DNA of 63,976 nt, filler included, from Craspedostauros australis (lineage: Eukaryota): the NCBI GenBank assembly GCA_030167865.1. It is 18 parts of 18 records of this genome, joined end to end, with 100 filler letters (N's around TTAATTAATTAA, not from the genome) between each part and the next. Parts side by side here need not be neighbours in the genome. Positions count along the whole stretch, not along the records: positions 35,076 to 38,056 come from JALAGF010003101.1; positions 38,157 to 43,525 come from JALAGF010003102.1; positions 43,626 to 45,161 come from JALAGF010003105.1; positions 45,262 to 46,274 come from JALAGF010003107.1; positions 46,375 to 47,773 come from JALAGF010003108.1; 13 more parts are not named here. One strand, written 5' to 3'. The notes beneath the pieces were generated by a model. It searched no databases, was not told where the DNA came from, and worked only from the letters and a program-made list of their open reading frames with translations. Positions 35,076 through 47,547 of the stretch are shown piece by piece. Every line of letters begins with the position of its first letter. Position 1 is the first letter of the stretch. The translations under genes and the position numbers were made by a program.

Positions 35076-38056
35076 ATTACATTAGAAATGTGCCCTGTAA
35101 GCTTTACCCTCGCCTCCGCCGGCCCCGTAGGACCGGGTTTCGAGCGAGCCGTCGAACACACGAATCATGCGAGGCCCAGCCAATTACTCATCAGCCGCCG
35201 TTCATTCTGCATGGTGCGCGCCCGTCGCCGGGCGGCCACCTTGGAATGCACCTCCTGCATGTCCTGTATCCACTGCCGCATCTGCGACTCCGTTCCGTAT
35301 TCCATCTGGTAGCCCTCCCGCAGGAGAACCAACTCTGACTCGTTCATGTCCTGGCTGGCGCTGACCGCGATCCGTCGCACTTGCCGCCGCAGCTCCGCCA
35401 GTGACGGGTGCTGCTCGCCGTCGTGCACCTTCTCGTTGCGCGCGACCCATACACTCCAGGGAACTTTCCAGACCCACCGTATCACTTCCTTCGTCCATGC
35501 TGCCGCGTCCGGGAAGACGCACTCGTGATGCTCCATCCATTGAGACTGATGCTTTCGCCAATCCTTATGTAAGAACCCCAGCAACAAGGGGTACCACCCG
35601 ATGTCTCCTTGGGTGCTCTGCGGCTTCTGGCGTCGCCGCCAGCGGACCATTCCTACCCTCATTCCTGATACCAGCCTTGGGGCTGACCCGATAGTCACCA
35701 TGCGATCGACGAGTTCCTCGGTAGCAAGGTTCCACGCTGTCTCGTGCTCCTTGCAGCGCAGGACGTGGTGTGTCGTCTCCTCGGCGCCACAGAACCGGCA
35801 AGTGGAGGACTCTTGTTGGCCCATCTGCTGCATCTTTCGCCCGACGCCCACAAAACCGGAGGACCACTTGGTAACAAATTTCGACATGGATTGGTTCTTC
35901 CTGGCCGCTCGAGCACCTTGGTAAACTTCCCAGTCGACTTGTCTTGTCGCACCCCTCGACCACTCGAACTTCTTCGTCCAGTAGCGAAGAGAGTCAGCCG
36001 CCTGCAGTGTCTTGTAGAGCTCACTTTGACCCACGTGGGAGTAGTGTTGATCGCTGACTGTGAGGGTCCATCGGTCTGTTACCGATGACCACTGCCGTGC
36101 TCGTCGCCGAGAGACTGTCGCTTCCCAGAACGCCTTGGCCCGTTTGTCACACTCCACATTGAGCTTCTCCAGCATTGTGAGGTCCTTACCCGTGTCGTCT
36201 TGGTGCCCTTTGACCCACTCCCATTTGAGGGTTGCCCGTAGGCGTTGCCTCAACCGGCGTATTTCAACAAGGACATCCCAGTCGCGCTGGCCTGGGCTAA
36301 TGGTGTCGGACTGCGCTTGTCGGAGGGCTTGAAGGCCGTCGAGCGCCAGCGTCACGGTGCATGCTTCGTCCAGATCCGGAATCATGGCAAGCATTTCCAG
36401 TGAAGCCCAGATCCCGGCAAGTTCGCTGCGGTAAGAGCTGTGTACTGACGCTGGGCCTGGCACAAAAGTGTTGCACGCCACGTGTTGCTGGGAACGGAGG
36501 TCGAACATGATGGAGCACGAGGTGCCCCTGGCGTCCTTGAACGACCCGTCGCTCACCACCACCAGCTTGTCGAGTCTCGCCGCCTCCAGCATCTGGCCAA
36601 AATCGGAATCCCCTCCGAGGTCTTCAACCGGATCGTAGCTCGATGGCTGTGCATCAGGCTCGCGTTGCAGACCGATCCTTCGGTCCCAAGTGATCCCTTG
36701 CTCGGTGGTAACAACCGACACTCGATGCATTAGTTCCGGGAGGACCTGGACGGATCCTTGCAACCGGTACTGGGCCTGCCGTGTCCGACGTCTGGTCACC
36801 GGAACGAACACCCGTACGGGGTCCGAATAGGCGTCGTAAATCTCCTCAGTCAAGGCTGCCTTCCACCACTGCCACGATCCATCGTCCTCGAACCACTTCC
36901 CGAGGGGGCTCTGGAGCATGCGTCCTCGGTAACACAAGGATTTGCACCACCTCCGCCACTCTTTCCACCATCCGCTAGGCAGCCGATCCGGCCGTCGAGC
37001 CCACAGCTTTCCTCGGACAGGGACGTCTTGACCTTCCATGGCCCCGATCACCAGCGCAGATCCCGCGGCAGTAACAATGTCGGACATTCGCGCGACCCCG
37101 AGCTGTCGTCGGCACATGTTCAGGTGATATAGCGTGGCGCCTTTCACCCCCGCACGCAGCCACATCAGAACGAGGAACTCGTCCCCATCACGCTGTAGGG
37201 CCATCGATTCCGTGGTCTCAATGACTCCAATCCCTGTGTCCTGAAGTTGTTGCCACAGACCTTTCACCCAGCAGGGCGTCACACACTGGTGCAGTTGATC
37301 GAACGGTTGTGAGAACAGAGAACCTCCGATACCCAGCTCGGCCTTGATCGCCTGTATGGAGCACACGAGCATTCGTCCTGTGGACGTGTCGCCGTGCACC
37401 TCGTCGAAAAGCAACTGCAGTTGCTTGATCACCTGCCGGTGGACCGGGTTCGGGACTCCCAATCCCCCGAGGGAGACCGGAGCGTACACCAGGTCTCGTG
37501 GGAACGTTCTTGCGCATCCCATCTTTGGGAGGGCCGCCAAGAGTGCTGGGGCCATGATGCGTCGCCACTGATGGCGTGTGAGTTGCGAAACTCCCATCAC
37601 GTACTCAATGGACTTGATGAACCGCAGTGTGAGGGCCGACTTGGCGTCTGCCGGAGATAGTTGAGCTCGACGCATCCGTCCCGCGAAGTCTTCTGACTTC
37701 TTCCGCAGCACCTGGACCTGCTGGTCGTCGACGCCGTCAAACGTCAGGAAAACGCCGAGGGTGAATAGAGGCTCGGCGATCGTCTTGCGAGGGATCGCGT
37801 TATTGGAGCCATCACCATCTACTATGATGATTTCCTCTTGCTCGTCCCCGTCGTCCCACGTCCACTGTCCTTCCTCGAACCGTGGCCTCACGGACCACCA
37901 CGCCGACTTCGAGGGGACAATAGCACCGCCTGTAACCCTCAAGAGACCACTCCAGTCTTGCACCATCCGGGCAAAGCTCTCGGGGGTAACGCTGTCGCGA
38001 ATGCCGAGGGTCACAAGGTCGGTATCGTCCACAAAGGCCGATCCCAATAAGTCAAA
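35076..38056 (-). mobile_element. Non-LTR retrotransposon (LINE) 3' half: RT end, RNase H, C-terminal CCHC finger, 3' UTR
   Basis: 960-aa open frame with FVDD RT motif, RNase H (VSDGS..SSYRSELAG..WVKGHQD..LNVECD) and CRFCGAEETTHHVLRC. Stop at 35165; short 3' UTR ending TAATGTAAT. Confidence 0.93.
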
Positions 38057-38156
38057 NNNNNNNNNNNNNNNNNNNNNNNNNNNNNNNNNNNNNNNNNNNN
38101 TTAATTAATTAANNNNNNNNNNNNNNNNNNNNNNNNNNNNNNNNNNNNNNNNNNNN

Positions 38157-40474
38157 TTGGCCCAGATGAACTTGGATTCGCTGTGCGTGAAGAGTTGGAT
38201 GCATCAGTAATGTCGAATGGATGGGACTGTGGAGAAAAATGGATCTGTGTCCACTCTTCCCTTGATTCGGTGTGGTTGCAGCGCACCTGCTTGCTGTGCT
38301 CGGTACTGCCTCGGGATGAGTCTTGACTCTGCTTCGATGGGAGTCTCTGCCAGCTGGGTGGATGCTTCCTTGGTCTTCGCCACCACTTGCGGTGGGAGAT
38401 GTTGGACTACTTTGTCGAAGTCGACATGTGTGTGTGATCGCCTTAGGCGTCGGTGCCTGTCGCATATCGTGATGTGCGCGGCTTGGGTGAGCTCGTGAGC
38501 TGTTGGTTTGCGGATTGGGATGCGCAGGGTATTTCCGTCATGATTTGCCAGTGGGATGCCGATGTCACCGGACAATATCCGTTGCTGCCCATCGTGTTGT
38601 CGAAGTCTGTCGTAGACGTGAACGCCGGAAACTCGTATGTGGTGCATGTTGAATAGCAACTCCATCTGTCGTGGATGCTTGTCGAGAGCCACGAAATATG
38701 CCTTGATGAGAATCACTCCGCCGTCTGGCGGATCGTATGCTGCCACTGCGTCAACCATTGCAAATGCCTCGACCAGTGAATCCACGGTCGCGCTGCGAGC
38801 GTGAAACTTCTGCAGATGCTGTCGGGTCACTTCCCATCCAGACTCATGTACAATGCTGCCGTCCGCCCCTGAGTCTAGAATGATATAGCCGTGGCTACTA
38901 TTCATTACTCTTGCCCGTCGAATTGTGTGCTCTGTATTTGGGTGGGTTGTGCTGTGACGCGATACCTGTAGCGTTTCCGGGGCTCTGGCCGCCAGCTTAC
39001 TCTCCGCAGTATCATACACCAGGTCAGTGTTATCCCGATCCTTGATACGAATGCTGACTTCCGATTGACGGCGTGTGATAGCTGCTGGTGGTTGTCAGGA
39101 ACTGTTGTCACACGGTCCATACTTCTAGACATGATTAGTCTTGTTTCCGAATCTTGCGCGCTTGTGGGACTTGCGCTGAGCTTGTTGCTCTTGGGTCTTG
39201 GCGAACTCGGCAGGCTTGGCGCGTTTGAGCGCAGCCTCGCTGATTTGTTCTCGGGTGTTGCGGAAGTGGCGTGAAGAATCCATCACTAGCACTTGTGCTG
39301 CGGCTGGTAGGCTTCTGAACACCATGTTCGGCAGACGGTAGTGGGAGGACTTCTTGCAGTCACCGGATGCTTCGTCGTACGGCCGCTTGCGGTCCGGACG
39401 ACTGTCTTTCTGATGCGTGCGGCGGCTGCGTCCTGGAGACTTGTCGACGTCGTCGTTGGCGAGGATCTTGTCATGGCGCATGAGCGCTTCGCGGACTCAG
39501 GAGAATGATTCCTTTGTCTGCTGTAGGCTGGTGATCATGCTTGCAAATCGCTCGTCGCGGATGTTGCAGAAGAATCTCGCAATCTTCTCCTGATCGTTCA
39601 TCGGCTTGCCGTTGTCCTCGATAGGGTGAATAGACATTGAGAAGTTGTTGATGAATGTTGCGAATGGACCGTCCCCAGTGTAGATGAGCTTGAAGAGCCT
39701 TGCCTCCTCCTCCGCCACGATGCCAGCCCGATTCTCACTGGACTCGTAGATCCAAATGAGAGATTGGAATGCGGCGTGACAGCTTGGTTCCTTGGCAGTG
39801 ACAATGTACTGCTTGTCACCCTTGCATGTCCTGGACTTGAAGACCACGTAGAATTGAGTGTCCACTGATGCTCGGTAGTGTGCCAGCTTCTCCGCTTCCA
39901 TGTAGTCTGCATATCTGGTGGTGACCAGTTGTTGCATGAAGTCCGTCTTCCACTGGTACCACTCAATGTTGAGTCCGCTGAACGGCTCGGCCTCCAGCAT
40001 GGTGACCTTATCGTATTGCTAGCCAGATGGCGTAGATGGCGATCGTTGCAGGTCCGGCTGGCACTGTGGTGAGTGCGCCACGACCTCGCAGCTCGAAGCA
40101 TCTGTGAGCTCTTGGCTTGCTGCCTTCATGTCCGCCTCTAATTGCAACTGAATTGCTTGGAGTGAGACTGGGGTCTCGATAGATGGCACTTCATATCCAG
40201 AGGACTTGATGAACTCATTGATTGTGTCCCAATCAGTGGCCTAATCAATCTGTCGCTCTTTTGCGGAAGCAAAGATGCGAAGAATGTTTTCGATGTTGAT
40301 CGAAGTAAGCGTTGGCGAAAGAGACAATGCTTGGATGATGTTTTTCTCCGGACTCTGGATGGCTCGTTTGATCCTTCCAAGTTTCTTGCAGATGAACTCC
40401 ATGTCCGCATCTTCAAGCTCAACAAGCTCCTTGATGACAGTCGTCCAGGTACGGTTGTTGTTTGGTCTTGCCAT
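38157..40474 (-). pseudogene. Decayed CoDi-type Copia gag-pol (gag, protease, start of integrase)
   Basis: Single frame from ATG 40474 with six in-frame stops (40241, 40019, 39497, 39125, 39095, 38204). Gag-like FSG..W..W, protease LDSGAD, integrase-like VDTDPFFS..S. Confidence 0.85.
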
Positions 40475-41125
40475 GGTGGTTGGTATTGTAATGTGAAAAG
40501 CTTGGTGGTAGATCACAACTCTTAATCTGTCAAAGTGCACAAGTAACTACTGTAGACGTATTGGCCCGTTGTTGCATGCCCTGGTTGGAGCTCTTGTTCT
40601 TTATTTGTGAGTTGTCCGAAGACAATCCCCCAACCAGTGTTTTGACTAATATGATTAGTAAAGAGGTAAGAAGTTACAGAGAAAGTTGTCATGTGATGTC
40701 GATGTGCGTGGCTTGTGTGGATTTTGGTTTGGGCACGGAGTTCTGCGTGATGTTGATGTTGATGGTTTGTGTGTGTTTTTGTTGGTGATGGGTTGAGCGA
40801 GCTTGGGCGTGGGCATCGCAAGTTCTGCATGATACGGATGGCTTGTGTGTGTGTGCTGTGGCTTGGTTGTGCGGGCTTTTGTACGCGTGACCATAAAAAT
40901 GCGCGCAACGCGCAGATTTGGGCATGAAAAGTGACTCTGTGTTCCGAGTGAATTCTCGGCAGATTGCGTCCAGGTTCGGAACAAAACCATTGATATGTAC
41001 GAGGTTTGTTCCATGTTACGAGCTCTGTATTTGTGACTGTTTGTCAAAACTGGAATCCAGGGAACAAATCTAGAAACAGCAGGTAGATAGCAATTGCCGC
41101 TACCCCCACTTGAGGAGCAGGAGGA

Positions 41126-41516
41126 GGTAATCACGACCCAAAACAAGAGAAAACCCCACTACTAGCTTTTGCGTGGTGAAATTACCTGTTTACTGACTTG
41201 TACAGTTGATGAAAGAGATCCTTCCCTACGTATTTCAGAGAAGGCTCACAAAAGTAGAGCGTCGATGACACGTACGCCAACATGTCTACCATGGAGATGA
41301 ACGAAGCATTGGATGAATGCGAGGGAGCGCGTGTAGACTCGTACATGAACCGATCATCTTTGCTTGAACTAGTCCGCTTCTCACGGCCAGCAGTGGACAA
41401 GTCGACATCTGGGCGTATAGTACGCGAAACACATTCTTGTTGATTGGTCGTACTTAATTCATATAATACCTGCTTGGAGTCCATATAGAGTAATTCTAAT
41501 TCGTCCTCTGTTAACA
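41126..41516 (-). mobile_element. Probable 5' LTR of the decayed Copia
   Basis: AT-richer segment starting TGTTAAC (minus) upstream of the gag leader. The inner end is not a clean CA and there is no second copy in the window. Confidence 0.4.
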
Positions 41517-41576
41517 TAGAAAATGCCATATCGCCATATCAATACAAGGTCAATGGAAGGTTGGTCTGGTCTGACG

Positions 41577-43058
41577 CTACCATCCTTCGACGGCCGCAAT
41601 GCAATCACCGACTGTCGCCGATCCACTCGTCAACCGTTTCGTAATCTCCGTCACCAGGGGCGTGTTTCGTCGCAGGAGGATGTCAGCCTCGGCGTAGGCC
41701 CATTTCAACAGGTCCATCTTCTCTTGGCCTGTTAGGTCTTGCATCCACCACAGTTCGTCTCGGTTGATGGTATTGGAACCTTCCAACCGTTTGAGAAGAC
41801 CCTGCCCTTCCTTGGGATCCGAAAAGATCAGCTGCGCGTGTTTGCTGTTCTCCATGGCGACCGGCGCCATCAACCAAATCAGCATCTTCATGATTCCCGT
41901 GTTGGACAGCAGGCTGTCCAGCGTTTGCGTTTCATCCGGCTGCGCGGATTCCGCGACCAACACGGCGGCCTCCAACGAGTTGGGGCGGAAGGCAAAGTTG
42001 GGCAGTCCCAAGACGTAGGCCGCAAAGAACGCAGCGGCCTCGCATTCGCACTCTCGTTCCGTATCGACCTGCAGCAGCCGTCCGAAACCCTTGACGACCG
42101 TGCCGGAGACCTGTCCGGATCCCAGCGAAAGCGGAAGATTCTTCGGCAGCTTCTCCGAGACGCTGCTGGCAAAGGTTTTGGTTCCCATCTTGATGAGGTC
42201 GTAGAAGTTGTCCACCACGCCCACAGTGACGATGGTGAACCACACGACGTTGGTGAATGGGCTGATTTCATCGAGCCCCAGCACGTTGACGGTGCCGCAG
42301 AAGCCGACAATGCCTGCCACGGCCAGAGCGCTGGTGATCTCAGCCGCCCGTTGGTCCGACGGCACGTCGACAAGCTCCTGAATGCGTTCCAACCGCGTCC
42401 TGGTGCGTCCATCCGAACAACGGACCTTGCTGTCGTTGTTGGGTGGCAGTGCGGTCACCTCAGTCTGCTGCTTGCCGTACTGATTGACGGCCCCGTTCTT
42501 AGAACCCAACGACACGATCTGCGCCATGAGCCTGGCATCTTGCGCGGCGACGGCTGCGTCGACCAGCGCGCACATGGATCGTCCGCTGGCTCTGATGCGA
42601 CGCGAATTCATCTCGTGCAGGAGGTTGATGGGATCCTGGATGGACGTGCTGATCTGACCTCCGCTCGATGACGAATCAAGGATCTTGGCGCACAACCCGG
42701 TGAGGACAGCGTCGTACTGATCGCTCTCGTCCAGCGCGCTGAATGCCGAGGCGAGCGTCGAACGAGCAGCGTCGATGTTGATGAGGCCGCCCGTCATCGA
42801 CATGACGCCGTTGACCACAGATTCCGCGGCGGAGGTCCTTTCGGTGTCCTTGGAGGCGTCGTTGTTCGTCGAACGCAAGCTCGTCGTTGTCGTTGTTTCT
42901 GCCGTCTTTGGGGTCAACACTGATCGGAACTTGGACGGTGTAATCGGCCTGTAAACTTGACCGGACGGACGGAAGCCATCACAACCAGACATCAGCAGCA
43001 ATGCCGCAACCGTGGAGACTCGCAACATCTCGAGCATGCTTGCTTGGAATCGAGCCAT
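41577..43058 (-). CDS. Plastid-targeted membrane protein with FtsH/M41-like C-terminal domain (VIR3-like family), lacking HExxH
   Basis: Signal peptide + CDG-FRP transit motif and two TM segments. RECECEAAAFFAAYVLGLP sits where RxxxHEAGHFLxAYLLGxP is expected. C-terminus WAxxxAxxLL...TVGDCIAAVE. Confidence 0.8.
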   Translation of the reverse strand: MARFQASMLEMLRVSTVAALLLMSGCDGFRPSGQVYRPITPSKFRSVLTPKTAETTTTTSLRSTNNDASKDTERTSAAESVVNGVMSMTGGLINIDAARSTLASAFSALDESDQYDAVLTGLCAKILDSSSSGGQISTSIQDPINLLHEMNSRRIRASGRSMCALVDAAVAAQDARLMAQIVSLGSKNGAVNQYGKQQTEVTALPPNNDSKVRCSDGRTRTRLERIQELVDVPSDQRAAEITSALAVAGIVGFCGTVNVLGLDEISPFTNVVWFTIVTVGVVDNFYDLIKMGTKTFASSVSEKLPKNLPLSLGSGQVSGTVVKGFGRLLQVDTERECECEAAAFFAAYVLGLPNFAFRPNSLEAAVLVAESAQPDETQTLDSLLSNTGIMKMLIWLMAPVAMENSKHAQLIFSDPKEGQGLLKRLEGSNTINRDELWWMQDLTGQEKMDLLKWAYAEADILLRRNTPLVTEITKRLTSGSATVGDCIAAVEGW

Positions 43059-44435
43059 CGTGTTTGTCTGGTGGTGTGAGTGTCACTGTGATGATGATGA
43101 TGATGATAGTGATAGGGATGGACCTTTTGATTGTTCTCTGTCTCCTTCTTTGCGATTGTTGCTTGTGGTGGCTTTGTAGGTAGTGATGCCAGTGATGGGT
43201 TGTTCGTCATGTGTGGCTTGGGTCATCGGAAGCGTTTTGTTTGCGATCCTCCCCTTGGATCAAACGAAAGCACACAAAGATACAGAGCGAGTTTTAGGGT
43301 CAAACGAGTCGCGTAGCTCGTATTGGTCAAAGATTCTGTGACCGTACAGTCATAAGCAACCAAGGTGGAGTGTTTGTGGCTGAAACAACACAAAGGGAAA
43401 AAACGAACAGAGCATGTGTCTTTGTTGGATTCATGGCATGCGGTCACAATCTGGTTCACAACAAGGAGTGTATCAGCAATACACCAACAACAGATAAGCA
43501 ATAGAAGACTGTCATCTGTGTGCCTNNNNNNNNNNNNNNNNNNNNNNNNNNNNNNNNNNNNNNNNNNNNTTAATTAATTAANNNNNNNNNNNNNNNNNNN
43601 NNNNNNNNNNNNNNNNNNNNNNNNNATGGCAGACGGGACATGATCGGGGGGACAGGCCTGGATGAGTTGGATTGTATTCTACAAAGCAATACCATAGTAT
43701 GCGAGGGGAGTGCCAGATATGGATACTCGTATGGTATGCACCAGACAGGTAGGTGAGGAATTGCACGTGCATCACACCATACGAGTACAACTATGGCACG
43801 TGGCGAGTATAATACAATAAAATATAATACAATATTACAATAGATAATAATAGATCCCAGTAAGAGAATAAAGAGTACTCTGGAGAACAGAACGCAAGGG
43901 ATGAAGAAGTATTCTACTGTATGCCACTTTGCCGTGCCGCATAGTGCCATAGAAGAATACTCGAGACAGTGAGGCACTGTGGTGTTGTCAGCTGGGTTGG
44001 TGGGTATGGTCTGGTCCCACAGTTCGTACTCGTAGGTCGTAGGTAGTACGAGTATGATGTAATAGGTCGTATTATAATAATAGTTCGTGCGAGTATCCGT
44101 GGTGATGCTGAATTGGAATGTGTGGGGTGCGCGGTTGCGTGGTTGGCAACAGGGGTTGGGGTGCAAAAAAAGGTTTGCTTCTCTTCGATTATGCGTGTCA
44201 TTCTTGCTCAGAGACCATGCTAATCTTCTCTGTATAATATAAGCTATTGTTTGATGTCCTCGGTCAAAGACCGGGACAACACACATCATCCAATTGACAT
44301 ATCAATACCTTTGATGCGAGGCTCCACCTGACTTCGACAAAAACCCTCCCCATTCCACCCCTTTCCAAAGTCGCACCGTCGCACTCATCTCCTTGGCATT
44401 AGACACGCCCTTGTGCGTATCTGTACGGTACCACA

Positions 44436-44490
44436 CCATACCATACCATACCATACCATACCATACCATACCATACCATACCATACCATA
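44436..44490. repeat. (CCATA)11 microsatellite
   Basis: Perfect pentamer run. Confidence 0.97.
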
Positions 44491-45261
44491 AATGAATACA
44501 TAATCGCACTAGCATGTTGCAGACAACATCCGCCTTTCATTTCTACTACTCACCATGTTCTACTCATACATTTTCCTCTCCTTCCTTGTCTTTGAGCGCC
44601 TTTCCACGACTTGTCACGCTTTGCGCTCCGTCCTACCATACCCCCACTGTCCAGGTGCTCCCTTTCCACTCACATATTCGTAGTACTTGTACGTACAGCA
44701 TGGCGCGAGGTGATCAGCCGCAAGATGTATTGCCAACATCATCACCCTGGACCAATCATACCTTCTACTGCCAGCTGTCTCTTCCTCTTCGGAAATCAAG
44801 CCAGCCATACGCCCAAGCACCCATGTGTCCATGTGCTCATGTCGGTCAAGTGTTCTCGTGGGTTTGCATCTGGCAACGGTAGTCCTCAACATTCCTCCTC
44901 TCATTCGTCAGTGACGGAGAGCAAACTGAAGAGCAACTCTGATGGAGACGTCGACGAACGAGCGTCGAGGATGACAAGTGCTCATCTGCGCCTGAATTGC
45001 ATCACATGATAAGTCGTACACCAAAGACCAATATAGCCACATCCTGTCCGGTTCGAATGGACAACCACACGGAACCCATCTTTCCTGTTGTTCTGCAACT
45101 CACAAGTTGACACCCAAGTTGACACCCAAGTCGATGCCAAAGAACAGAAGAAAGGCAAACTNNNNNNNNNNNNNNNNNNNNNNNNNNNNNNNNNNNNNNN
45201 NNNNNTTAATTAATTAANNNNNNNNNNNNNNNNNNNNNNNNNNNNNNNNNNNNNNNNNNNN

Positions 45262-45800
45262 GCGTCACAGCATTGCGGCATCGCAAGATCGCAGCGTCAC
45301 ACCATCACAGCATTGCGGCATTGCAAGATCACAGCATCCCAACATTGCAGCATTGCAACATCGCAGCGTCACAGCATTGCGGCATCACAGCATTGCAAGA
45401 TCGCAGCATCACAGCATCACAGCATTGCAGCGTCACAGCATCACAGCATCACAGCATTGCGGCATCGCAAGATCACAGCATCCCAACATTGCAGCATTGC
45501 AACATCGCAGCATCACAGCATTGCGGCATCACAGCATTGCAAGATCGCAGCATCACAGCATCACAGCATTGCGGCATTGCAAGATCACAGCGTCACAGCA
45601 TCACAGCATTGCGGCATCGCAAGATTGCAGCATCACAGCATCACAGCATCCCAACATCCCAACATTGCGTCATCGCAGCATCAAATCATCACAGTATCGC
45701 AGCATTGCAACATCACATCATCACAACATTGCAGCATCACAGCATCGCAACATCGCAGCATCCCAACATTGCGACATCACATCATTGCAGCATCACAACA
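45262..45800. repeat. Degenerate 8-bp satellite (CACAGCAT/TGCAGCAT/CGCAGCAT) with a 144-bp higher-order duplication
   Basis: Octamer phasing throughout. GATCACAGCATCCCAACATTGCAGCATTGCAAC recurs at 45327 and 45471. Confidence 0.88.
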
Positions 45801-46374
45801 TCACCCAATTCAAAAGCTTCGTCATGGTTGATCCCCCCAAAAAGCCTTCACGAAAGCCTGCGCCCCGCACAGGCCCATCACCCACCTCACCCTCACACAT
45901 GCACCATGCATACGACGGATCACCCTACAGCAGCTCACGGCCACACATCATATTCCTCAATGGAATGCCTTCCTCTGCCATCTTCTTTGCAGATAACAAC
46001 AACACATCCAATTCTGAGCAAAGTCCAACCTACAGAGACTTCCTTGGAAACAACAAATCCTGCAACCGCAGCAATGTTTGGGGCAATCCAAATCTGCCTG
46101 CATCAGGTACCACTGCCTCCTCATTGGACAATGACACAAATCATCAGTCTGGTCAGGAGAATGCCACAAATGGCAGCACTGTCAGCCCCTTCCCCTCACC
46201 AACACGCAAATCCTACACTGACAGCAGCAGCACGCAAGAGTTCTCCAGAGACACCACCACCACACAAGGTAGTTNNNNNNNNNNNNNNNNNNNNNNNNNN
46301 NNNNNNNNNNNNNNNNNNTTAATTAATTAANNNNNNNNNNNNNNNNNNNNNNNNNNNNNNNNNNNNNNNNNNNN

Positions 46375-47547
46375 GTTGCGAACGCTGCCGAATTCAAACA
46401 TCAATTCGATGAAACAATCGCTCAAGTTGCAAAGCAGAAGCCCGAAGAAGCAAAGGTGACCATGAACGCCTTCTCTCGTCTGGCGTACCAACCCGAACCC
46501 GCCAACCAAGTCCCCATGGTGACAGCTGCCCGTCCGTCCGCCCCACCAATCACAGCGCACGTCTCGTCCCCAGCCCCAACCCATCCGCCACCGACCGCCA
46601 GACCTGCGTACGGCGCAGTGGATCCCTCGTCTGTTCATGTGCCTTTGCCATCCGTGACCTCTCCTGCTGCTGCTCTTCCTGGCACTGTTGGAGGTGGCAC
46701 GATTGTGCAGAACACTGAAACTGGGACACCCTTGCAAGAGGGTCCCAGTCGTGGGCACGCGATTTGAGCTTGGATGAAGAGCAACAGCGAGATTTTCTTG
46801 CCTGCAGTGCGTCATGCGTACTGTCCTGAAGGGCTTGGGGAGGTGTTCGAAATCACTTTCGAACTCCCAGGAGGGACATGCTCAGGTGACGTTGACGTGG
46901 CGATCAAGGAGCGCGGGCGAGTGCTGGAGATCAGAATCCGGCAGAATCAAGAACTCGGCTCATCCAGGGCAATTGACAATGAGCTGGTTGACCTGCTGAA
47001 TGAGTCGCGTCCCTCCCTTGCTCATGTCCGTTCTTTCCGCGGGCAATGCGAGCGGAGCGAGTCGTACGCGCTTGCCATCCGCAACATGTGCCGCGGATGC
47101 TCACATGCTGTTCGCGTACACAGGGAGCTCCTCCCCATTCAAGTGAGTGACAGATTTGAGATGACCCCCGACAATGCCATGCATGGTATTGACTTTCTCA
47201 ATCCCACACTGAACATCAATGACCGCGAAAGTGATGTGCGCACTGATGCGCCCCTGCTCATTGTTCGCTTGGTTCCTGTGTACAGCACGAATCCTGTCAC
47301 ACACACAGCAAAGAACTTGGCACGCTACGGACGCAACCAAACAATTAATCATAACGTAGGAGTCGCGAAAACCGACGATGGCTTCTCCTCATTTGATGAG
47401 GACGAGTTGTCGATGGTCCCCTCTGGTACTCGTGCGCCAACTGCTCGTGCACCACCTGCTCGTGCTCGCCGAGGAACCCGTTTCGGAGGATCTCCAAAGG
47501 TAAGCAAGTCCGTGCGAAAACAAGAGAGTTTGTTGTTCACGACTTGA
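46375..47547 (+). pseudogene. ORF with one in-frame TGA (46765-46767); C-terminal half possibly HSP20-like, probably TE-associated
   Basis: One frame open from the contig start to 47547 except for one TGA. FELPGG...VDVAIKERGRVLEI...LPIQV pattern. Confidence 0.45.

Noticed and set aside
35131..35194. Hammerhead ribozyme at the LINE 3' end (CUGAUGAG...CGAAAC..GUC on the minus strand)
   Set aside because: Core words are in the right order, but stem II has only one closing pair and stem I only about two. CUGAUGAG is also explained by Leu-Met-Ser codons. An Infernal search would settle it.
45044..45064. tRNA or SINE (GGTTCGAAT in a small hairpin)
   Set aside because: B-box-like only; no A-box and no cloverleaf.
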